Below, in pieces: positions 10,426 to 20,600 of a stretch of 51,367 nucleotides of DNA. The DNA comes from Octopus bimaculoides (Eukaryota): contig NC_068983.1 of NCBI RefSeq assembly GCF_001194135.2, positions 10,499,642 to 10,551,008 of the forward strand. Direction: 5' to 3'. The notes beneath the pieces were generated by a model. That model was not told the origin of the DNA, ran no database searches, and was given only the letters and a program-made list of their open reading frames with translations. The position numbers and the translations under genes were made by a program. Numbering within the stretch: the first letter of the stretch is position 1; every line of letters begins with the position of its first letter.

Positions 10426-12504
10426 AAAAAGTTTCACCTGTGACTGTCCAGTTTATATCGTTTAAACCCACCTGAGACAGCCCCTGGTTCTATGAAACAA
10501 GCTTAATTTTTTAAAGCGATCTAAATTAAAATTTATCAAAGTGAAATGTTAATTTAGGTTCCAAAATACCTGCTTAATAAGGACAGGTATTTTACTAAAT
10601 TCGTCATTTTAAAAACTAATTGAAAAATAAAGGTAGTGTTTTTGAACAAAAACCTAGTAATAAAAGGATTACACTTTTGGAGACTAGGCTATTCTTCCCA
10701 TAATCAATTTGGTTAGGTCCATTGACCATTTCTACAGACTTTTTCGAGATGATGGATACAGGAACTGATGCATTTTGACAACAAATTAGCAACTTAATCT
10801 AATTGTCATAGAGATCTAACATCCCAAACTTATAAATGATGTGGTTCAAGATGTGTATATGTTTGTAATGCATTACCTTGGAGAGAGGCAAAAAATTAGG
10901 AGACCATTAACACCTTACATATCAGTTTTCTTTCTCCGATCCTGAAGTTTGAAGAAAACTTCACAATGTTAGTATGAGTGTGTTGAAATGTAAGCTTTGT
11001 TTGAACTTCCTTTTACCATCAATTGTGAATGGTGCATTTGCCTTGTTAAAAGAAGCCAATGTTTTAAGTCCTAACAATTTTAGTTTTGTTTTCAATCATT
11101 TTGACCTAATTTTACATTTAATTGTAATTTTGAGTCTGTTACATTTACAGTGAAACACTAACATTCAAACTAAAGTTATGGATAGAACAAAAGGCTCTCA
11201 AATAGCTCAGAATCAAATAACTGAACTAGCAAGACAACGATATTAGTATACAAAACGTTTTTTCTACAATAGGCACAAGGCCTGAGATTTGGGGGGGAAG
11301 GGGCTAGTTGATTACATCGACCCCAGTGCTTGACTGGTACTTACTTTATCGGTCTTGAAAGGATGAAAGGCAAAGTTGACCTCATTGGAATTTGAACACA
11401 ATAATAATAATCATCATTTAACGTCCATTTTCCCTGCTGGTATGGGGTTGGTTGTTTTAATAGAAGCTGGAGAACTGCATCAGATTCCAATTGTCTATTT
11501 TGGCAAGTTCTATTGTTGGATGCCCTTCCTAACACCAACCAGTGAGTGTACTGAATGATTTTTACATCTTTTTTGTTCTTACATTTCAATTGTTTCCTTA
11601 AACTCCTTTAACATAGGCTGGTTTTTTTTGACACCTCATGCCCTTCACTTCCAAGGTTTCCCTATTGTGTACTCCTGCCATCCAACCCTTTGTTTTTGTG
11701 ACCTATTTAACTGCTGATATGCTGTTTTCAAGTTAGGGAACTGTTCAAATGATTTCAGAGGTTGATTAACAGCTTGATGAAGTTCAGTAGGTTTGTCTGG
11801 TCAACTCTACTTTGATTCAAGATTTGACCCCTCCACATGCAACACCTTGAGCAAATACCTTGGGTTACAACAATATGAGTGAAATTGTCTGTAATGGACA
11901 CCATACAGAAACCTATTCTTGAATGTTGGGCTTAATCTGTTAATCGGTTTAACACTAACACCTAGCGTTTTGTATACTTGTGTTCAGCCACCCCCTCTGC
12001 AAGCATAGACAGACGAGGATGATCTTGGTGCACTACTTCCTATTGTAGCAGCTCACTCCCCATCACCATTAGTGTTAAAGGATCATGATCATTGTCTTTA
12101 CTCCTCTAAGTTATATGATAGAATATAGCCTTGCAATACAAGACAGAGGAAACCTATGTTGTAGAAACAAACTCATATCCATTTTTCACTGATGTCTCTC
12201 TGTTAATAATACCTGATGTTCCTGCATATTCAGTTAATTTGTATGAGCATTTGTATGCAATGATCTTATAACAAGATACCCGTTTTTTTATTGTAAACTT
12301 CTTAGCTGTGAAAAGATGGTGGTAGATACTTTGAGATAAAATAATTAGTAGATAAAATAAACTAACAATGAAGTGTTTCAATTGTAGTTGTTTTAGACCT
12401 GGTTAACTGATCAGCTGGTCTGATTTAAGATATTCCAGCCATGGCTACCCTGTCATTAGGAGTATGTAGAACTACATTATTAAAGACAATAAGACCCGGC
12501 AAGC

Positions 12505-12724
12505 CAAGTAAGATCGTTGCCAGTGCCCCTGGACTGGCTCTTGTGTGGGTGGCACATAAGATGCACCATTTTGAGCGTGGCCGTTGCCAGTACCGCCTGA
12601 CTGGCTTCCGTAGGATTTTCGAGCGAGATCGTTGCCAGTGCCCCTGGACTGGCTTGTGCGGGTGGCACATAAAAGACACCATTTCGAGCGTGGCTGTTGC
12701 CAGTATCGCCTGACTGGCCTTCGT
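12505..12724 (+). repeat. Tandem-repeat segment of the RTE LINE 3' UTR (about 114-bp period, two subunits)
   Basis: Four GTTGCCAGT-N8-ACTGGC units at 12519, 12586, 12634 and 12699. The reverse complement occurs at 51230-51367 joined to the RTE 3' end. Confidence 0.75.
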
Positions 12725-13082
12725 NNNNNNNNNNNNNNNNNNNNNNNNNNNNNNNNNNNNNNNNNNNNNNNNNNNNNNNNNNNNNNNNNNNNNNNNNNNN
12801 NNNNNNNNNNNNNNNNNNNNNNNNNNNNNNNNNNNNNNNNNNNNNNNNNNNNNNNNNNNNNNNNNNNNNNNNNNNNNNNNNNNNNNNNNNNNNNNNNNNN
12901 NNNNNNNNNNNNNNNNNNNNNNNNNNNNNNNNNNNNNNNNNNNNNNNNNNNNNNNNNNNNNNNNNNNNNNNNNNNNNNNNNNNNNNNNNNNNNNNNNNNN
13001 NNNNNNNNNNNNNNNNNNNNNNNNNNNNNNNNNNNNNNNNNNNNNNNNNNNNNNNNNNNNNNNNNNNNNNNNNNNNNNNNNN

Positions 13083-13480
13083 ATTTGACTGAGGACTGGC
13101 GAACCAGATGGCTGCACCAGGTTCCAATCTCATCTGGCAGAGTTTCTAGTGCTGGATGCCCTTCCTAATGCCAACCACCCCGAGAGTGTAGTGGGTACTT
13201 TTACGTGCCACTAACATGAGGGCCAGTCAGGCAATTCTGGCAACGGCCACGTTCAAAATGTTGTTTTTTAGGTTCCATCTGCACAGGAGCCAGTCCAGCG
13301 GCACTGGCAACGACCTCGCTCGAATGATTTTCTAACATGCCACCGGCACAAGTGCCAGTAGTGCGACGCTGGTACGATCACGCTCAAATGGTGCTATATA
13401 CGTGCCACTAGCATGGGAGCCAGACAGCTACTTTGGCAATGATCACGCTCGGAAGGTGCTGTTAGTGCTCCACTGGCAGT
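13083..13480 (-). mobile_element. Older RTE LINE 3' UTR copy in opposite orientation
   Basis: ATTTGACTGAGGACTGG...GGATGCCCTTCCTAATGCCAACC followed by degenerate GCCAGT/CTGGCAACG units. Confidence 0.7.
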
Positions 13481-13665
13481 AACCAAAATATGAAAAGAAG
13501 TGGTATCGTCAGATTTCAGGACATTGTGACCCACAGATGAGTTCACATGCAGAATCTAGACATGTAGAGCTAAATGACTTATTAAAACATGATATTGCTT
13601 AATTTGTATTTGTTTCTTGCTGACTGATGCCTGTTTTCTGATGTACTGTTTTTATTTTTTCGTAG

Positions 13666-13793
13666 ACATGTTGTTTTACCCAAAGAGATTGCCAAATTAG
13701 TGCCAAAGAACAAACTCATGACAGAGAGTGAATGGAGAGGGATTGGCGTTCAGCAGAGCCAAGGCTGGATTCATTACATGAAACATGCTCCAG
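13666..13793 (+). CDS. CKS1: Cks exon 2
   Basis: Acceptor TTTTTTCGTAG. Encodes [42 protein letters not shown]. Donor CAG|GTAACC. 128 nt, phase 2 to 1. Confidence 0.97.
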
Positions 13794-14889
13794 GTAACCA
13801 TTTCCTTCTGTATGGTCTTGATTATATTAAAGATTTAGGTTTGTTATTGAGCTCAAGTTCAACTCTGAATCCTGCAAACCCACAATCAATGGCATTGTTG
13901 CCATTGTGTATCTAGAACAGTTAACAAAATTTTTTAGATGGCAGGCTGTGTGATTTGGGGACAATTTGGCTGCTGTTTCCATAAAAGTGACTTTGGAAAT
14001 AGCAGCTTGGTTAAAGCCAGGAAAATAAAATAGTTGAAAATGGCTTTGGATTACTTTTCCAAATACAGGCACAGGTGTAAGTATTATATTCACTTTGCAG
14101 CTACACAGTCCTGTGCTCTGTCTTCCTGCATAGTAACTTGAGTATGTCTTTTTCTGCAATAATCTCAAGTAAAAGCAAAGGCCTTGTCAGTGGAAATTAA
14201 TAGATCGAAACTATAAATTGAACAAGTTGGTGTAAGATAACAATATTGCTGTACAAAAATACTTTTATGGTAGATTGATGCATCTTAGTTATCTCCCTTT
14301 TACATCCCTTTGTTTTTGTTTTTATCCTTCTGTGAGTTGCTAACAACTAAAACATTTGAAAGTAGTGCCCCAACATAGTCACAGTCCAATGAAAAATCAA
14401 TCAGAATATATTTTGCTTCTAAGTTCAAGTCCTGATTTTTGTTGCTTTTTTTATCTCTCTAGGCAGGATAAAGTATATTTTCTGCAAAGAAGTGATGAAA
14501 AGTGAATTTTGTACAAATCACAGTACACATTGGATATTTTTGGTACTGTCACAATAGACTTTGATGGCTATTAAAATACGATCATATACAGAGGCAGAGA
14601 TAGATTCTAGAGTTACCAAGTCTAGACAGGTGACGGAATTTACAACCTATTTATGACATATTTGCTTTTGTGTGTGGTTTAGAAGCACTAGTTGTGAGCA
14701 CATGCTACTTCCATGCACAACCTGGTGAGAAGCTCAAAAGCTAAACTTGCATCTTAATTTATTCTACCTCTGCTAAACAATAAGTGCAACTTTCGCTTCT
14801 CAAACTGTAGGTAAGGGATTTAAAGATGCAGAAATATCCTTGAAATTAGGAAACCTAATTTAATAATTTTATTTTTTCATTTTTTGCAG

Positions 14890-14933
14890 AACCTCACATA
14901 TTGCTGTTCAGGCGATCTCTTCCTCCAGTGTGA
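14890..14933 (+). CDS. CKS1: Cks exon 3 (terminal coding)
   Basis: Acceptor TTTTTTGCAG. Encodes (E)PHILLFRRSLPPV*. AATAAA hexamers follow at about 14978 and 15075. Total protein 78 aa. Confidence 0.95.
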
Positions 14934-17900
14934 TTGTGTAACTGTGACCTTGATTCTGAAAATGAATGTTCTGGTAGAATAAATTGTCTGAGTTTTTTTT
15001 TTTTAACCAAATGTGTGTGGCTGGGTATTTTAAAACCACACAATATTGCATATTCCTATGCTCGCATTGTACATAATAAAGATCTAGTATGTTCCTCTAC
15101 CTTGGTTCTTGTTTTAAGTACTTTGAATAATGAAATCGTTTTCTGTTGCTTTTAAAGATGCCTATGAGCAAAGGCCATCAACAAATGCTTTCTAAGTTTT
15201 TGTGTCTCATGTAAACCTTTTTAACAGCTCTCAGCTAACATTTTTGTTCAGCCTTCCAATTCTTTGATCAAAAGACAGTGTAAAAGAGCTTCTCCTTTGA
15301 GTTTTTTTTTTTTTTTTGTTCTGACATACCAGTCTAGAAAGCTAGATCTATCTTCCATGACATTGTACTCTAGCCACAAGGCAGATTCAGGTGTCATCAT
15401 TTATGTCATGGAAATATCCATGCTCTTCATAAGGAGTTAGAATGTCTGAATCCCAACAGACAAATTATTCTCAACAATCAGTCCTGATTACTTCTACTAC
15501 AAAGGTATTAGTAGATAAATTAGCCTAGTTGCTTTATAAGGGTTAATGCTTCATTCTTCATTGCCAGTTGCAAATTTGGACATTTGTGTATACAAGTGCA
15601 GGCATGACTGGATAAGAATTTTGCTTTCCTACCACATGGTTTTGGGTCCAGTCTCATTGTGTGGAACCTTGAGCAAGTATTTTTGACAGCCTTGGACTGA
15701 CTAAACCCTTGTAAATGGAATGGGTAAACAAAAACTTTTTTTAAAAATTTTATGTTCTTTATATGGTCATTGTAAATGAATGTCACTGTCATTCCCCAAC
15801 TTTCTGCAAGAGACATGTCTGGCCATGGAGAAATATTACATTGATGAGGGTTGGTGGCAGGAAGGGCATCTGTCTAGAAAATCTGCCTCAAATTTTGGCT
15901 TGTTGCAAGTATGGAAAAGTGTATGTTAAAGCAATGAGCAATGGATTTTGCAGTTAGTCAGGAGAGAATTGAAACCTGTTTATCAGCTATGCAAACTGAA
16001 GATACAATTGTAATAAGATTCAATCTCACCACAAGCACTGTGAGATAGATTCTGCTAGAAATAGCAGCCAAGTCTAATTAACACTATTTTATAGAGGTGA
16101 GACAAGGCATTAAGAATCTAATCTTGAGCAAAATAGATATGCTCAAAGCTGGAATGAATTGAATTGAGTTTAATCAGTCAGGGAAAACCTAGAGATTAAA
16201 ACAATCATTTCCAAAGTGTTCAAATAGATTATGGTTTTAAAACTATTGACCTTGAATTTGAGGTCAGTCTTTTCTTTCAGGGCAGACTTGTTTGCAAAAT
16301 GGAACACAATATTTTGCCCTGAGGAAAAGTCTTCCATGCAGAATCCTTTACTACAGAGAGAGGAACTATTTCCTAGTTGTGATTAAGTTTCTGAGGTTAT
16401 GGTTTCTGTAGAGACAAATGTATGTATAGGACTTCTTTTCTTTTACCTTAGTCTAAGAGGAAGAAAAGTGTACAACTGAGGAAATTCTCCAAACTAAAGA
16501 CCTGAGGTGTTCAAATGGATGACGGATTGTCTTATTTTGATATTCAGCACTAATGAGGCTTAGTGCTGGTTGTGCCATGGTTATACTGAGAGAATCTAAG
16601 AATGGTACTTAAGATTTCCAATATTGAAGTATTAATAAAATAGACCGAGATTGAACCGTTTTACAGATGTCATATATATATAAGTATAAAGAATACTGGC
16701 TAATAGTTGATCAGGTCAATGCTTTTCTCAAAGTTACCTGATGAAAATCTGTCTTGCTCAGTGTCAAATGAGGAGTTGGACTGCAACAGTGTGGTCTTTG
16801 AAGGAAAATGATTGGGAAATGTTGGTATCAACTCAGTTTCGCAATATCATTCGTGCTGTACAGAAGTGTAAACTGGATTGCTTGCAGAGGCTATACCGCC
16901 AGGAGTGACGACCTCTTTTAAGTATTAAGAAGGGGAGGTAATTTGGTAGTTTTCATCATTGTTCAGCAGCAACACTGGTGCCAAACTATTGGTAATTACA
17001 CTTCACTTAAATTATATGAATGCTGTGAACAAGGGACCAGATGCAATTGCTCAACCAGCTAGTAATAGCAAAATCATTCACTACCATCTTGCAGAAACTA
17101 ATTAATTGTAAGAAAATTGTGGAGGATCTCCATTTTGGAATTTCTTTTTTTCTGTACATATTTCTTTGTCTGAAAATAAAAATTATACATGGTTAGGAAA
17201 TTTGCTTCTTCAAGAGCTGACTCCACTTTAAAGAACTATGCCACATTGTTAGTGACTAGCTTGTGTTGTACAGAGGGAAAAAAATTTTAATCCCAAAGAA
17301 AAACATACCTACATATGCTTTTCTTGGTGATTTGTCTGTACATCTATCAACCATACTCTTTGCAAGCTTATGTATGTGCTTATCTGAGGAGATCAATTTA
17401 AGAAGCTACTGTGATGAGAAGAGTATCCCTGCACAAAGAATACTGGTAGAATGCCCTTGTCAAAAGTTCAATGACATGTAAGTACAACAGGCCAGGCATA
17501 ATTTGGGATTGAGAAAAGAAACAATTCACAGTAATTGAAATCAGTTGCTTAGCAATGTCAACATTATGTTAAATATCTGTGAACAAGAAAACGTCTATGC
17601 TGAACTGATATGAAGACTGCGGTTACTGCATCAGGACTATGACTATAATTATTGGATCACTTGAAGGCAAGTGAGCTGGTAGAATTGTTAGCACAATGGG
17701 CAAAATGCTTAGTGGCATCTCATCTGTCGCTATGTTATGAGTTCAAATTCTGTGGGGGTTGACTTTGTCTTTCAGAGCCGATAAAATAAGTACTAGCTTA
17801 GGGGTCAATGTAATCGATTTGTCCCCCTACTCCGAACTTACTGGCCTTGTGTGCCAAAGTTTGAAACCAATTATTGGACCACTTGGTTAGGTGACTAACT

Positions 17901-18407
17901 GTTACTAATTCTGGAAAACTGGATTTCATAAAATCAGAACACCAAATTATTAGATTACAGCTAATAAGCTGTCAAAAGTACTGTTGATATATGTAAAAAA
18001 AGAAGTTCATCATATAAGATCCATGTATATAAAGCTATCTATGCCTGTGGCCATGTGCATGTATACATACCAGACATCTGTTTATGTGCATACATGCATG
18101 CAAGGGAGCTGTCAACTTATAAACAAGTATGGCCATCACTGACAAATTCTTATCCTAGATGTAAAAGACAATGGTTCTCAAGATGGATATAGGAATTGGT
18201 AAAATGACTATTAAATTATAAATTCATAGATCAGGTAAGTACTCAGTAAAGCTGTTTCCTTTTAAGAAATGTGGTCCTGTATCTAAGAGAGAAACACGTG
18301 CGTGTGTGTGTGTGTGTATAGATGTGTACCTGTTTGTGTATGATTATGTTAATAGCATGCCTGTATTTATGTGTGTGCATATATACACGTGTGCTGACAT
18401 GAGTGCA

Positions 18408-18438
<31 letters not shown>

Positions 18439-18439
<1 letters not shown>

Positions 18440-19373
18440 AGAATAAGAATAGCCTGGGCAAAGTTTAGAGAGCTCTTACCCCTGCTGGCGACAAAGGGAC
18501 TCTCACTCAGAGTAAAAGGCAGACTGTATGACGCATGCGTACGAACAGCCATGCTACATGGCAGTGAAACATGGGCTGTAACTGCTGAGGACATACGTAA
18601 GCTCGCAAGGAATGAAGCCAGTATGCTCCGTTGGATGTGTAATGTCAATGTGAATACCCGTCAGAGTGTAAGTATCTTGAGAGAAAAGCTNNNNNNNNNN
18701 NNNNNNNNNNNNNNNNNNNNNNNNNNNNNNNNNNNNNNNNNNNNNNNNNNNNNNNNNNNNNNNNNNNNNNNNNNNNNNNNNNNNNNNNNNNNNNNNNNNN
18801 NNNNNNNNNNNNNNNNNNNNNNNNNNNNNNNNNNNNNNNNNNNNNNNNNNNNNNNNNNNNNNNNNNNNNNNNNNNNNNNNNNNNNNNNNNNNNNNNNNNN
18901 NNNNNNNNNNNNNNNNNNNNNNNNNNNNNNNNNNNNNNNNNNNNNNNNNNNNNNNNNNNNNNNNNNNNNNNNNNNNNNNNNNNNNNNNNNNNNNNNNNNN
19001 NNNNNNNNNNNNNNNNNNNNNNNNNNNNNNNNNNNNNNNNNNNNNNNNNNNNNNNNNNNNNNNNNNNNNNNNNNNNNNNNNNNNNNNNNNNNNNNNNNNN
19101 NNNNNNNNNNNNNNNNNNNNNNNNNNNNNNNNNNNNNNNNNNNNNNNNNNNNNNNNNNNNNNNNNNNNNNNNNNCGTGCGGGTGACACGTAAAAGCACCC
19201 ACTACACTCTCTGAGTGGTTGGCGTTAGGAAGGGAATCCAGCTGTAGAAACTCTGCCAAATTAGACTGGAGCCTGGTGTTGCCATCCGGTTTCACCAGTC
19301 CTCAGTCAAATCGTCCAACCCATGCTAGCATGGAAAGCGGACGTTAAACGATGATGATGATGATGATGATGAT
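18439..19373 (+). mobile_element. 5'-truncated RTE (BovB-like) LINE spanning a gap
   Basis: RIRIAWAKFRELLPLL...KGRLYDACVRTAMLHGSETW...EASMLRWMC is a typical RTE ORF C-terminal region. After the gap come the 3' UTR and (GAT)n tail. TA repeats flank both ends. Confidence 0.85.
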
Positions 19374-20155
19374 ATATGTATGAGTTCTGGTAGTTAGTGT
19401 ACCATAGTATTTTTTTTATTTATCATCTTTTAGACTGTGGGAGGAATTTCAGTTTGATTAATTAATTGCCTTAAATCCTATCGAGATGGATATTATACAT
19501 AAAAGAGCTGATAGGATAAATTGATATTTACATTTTGTCTAGCTGCCTGGTTCTGAGATACACCTATTAGGTAGTGAAAATTCATTTCACATTTGCAGGT
19601 TTATTTCATAAGTTGATTGTGAATCAAATTATGATGACTGAAGAAGGTGAATGAATTCTAAATTTATTGTATAACTTTGTATGTAATATGAAATAAATGC
19701 TGCTGGTTTGCCAAAACATATGTAACATGGATCTGACTTCTCTTCCCTTCAATAAAAATTCTTGTTATTCACTCTGTAAGGATCATAACGAACCTATTCG
19801 ACATACATACTTTGGATTAGCTAAGTCTTCCTTTTATAATTGATTGAAGTATAACATTCTTTGGTAAATCAAAAGGTGTAACCTTTATACTATTAACTGA
19901 GCCATGTTCCTACATGATGTGCTACTGAGGTAATCACCTGTATTTTACAGATCCCCTCAATAATTACACACACACACACACATGAACAAGCATAGCTGTG
20001 TAGTTTAGAAGCTTGCTTTCTAACCATGTGGTTTCAGGTTCAGTCCCACTGTATGGCACCTGTGGCAAGTGTTTTTTACTATGATACTGAGCCAATTAAT
20101 GTTTCGTGAATGAATTTGCTAAACAGAAACTTCATGGAAGCCCATAGGATATGTA

Positions 20156-20198
<43 letters not shown>

Positions 20199-20201
20199 AT
20201 A

Positions 20202-20600
20202 CAGGGTGTTAAGGATAAATTTGACTGTTGGCATAAAAGGAAACACAATATCTCATCCAAAAATAAAGTATTTTATAAAATCCAAAAATATCAACAAGAT
20301 TAAGGCTGTGGGATAACAGTTTACTAAAGCAGCTGCTCTCAGCTTCCACCACAGCTTCAAGAAGGCTCCAGAATCTGGCATATGCATTCCTCACTGTGTC
20401 CCTGGGAAGATCTTTGAATGCCTCCTTGATCTTGACCACCAGCTCAGCATTGGTGTTGTAGGCAGAGCAGTTGGTATTGTTCTCACTCATGCTCCACATC
20501 ATGGGATTACAATTGGAGAAATAAGGTAAGATATTGGGGCTGGTGAAGTTGTTGAAATTCTCTGTCAACCACATCTGAATCTTTCCAGAAGTATGGTAAG
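20202..20600 (-). mobile_element. Decayed DD37D (maT-like) transposon, 3' part
   Basis: TIR CAGGGTGTTAAGGATAAATTTGAC after TA. Minus-strand ORF ...CNPMMWSMSENNTN...KIKEAFKDLPRDTVRNAYARFWSLLEAVVEAE. Homologous to 50480-50880. Confidence 0.7.

Noticed and set aside
12154-12381. 75-aa ORF resembling a secreted cationic peptide
   Set aside because: It starts at TTG, with an in-frame stop shortly upstream and no ATG. Retained only as a possible internal exon.
12505-12724. CRISPR-like repeat-spacer array
   Set aside because: The spacers themselves repeat (AB-AB), the array is part of a LINE 3' UTR, the context is eukaryotic and there are no cas genes.
16547-16570. 9-bp-stem hairpin CAGCACTAA/TTAGTGCTG
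   Set aside because: Short enough to occur by chance in 51 kb, with no supporting context.
17263-17640. Possible decayed LINE zinc-knuckle region (ILVECPC...RHN)
   Set aside because: Similarity is too weak and broken by stops to call.
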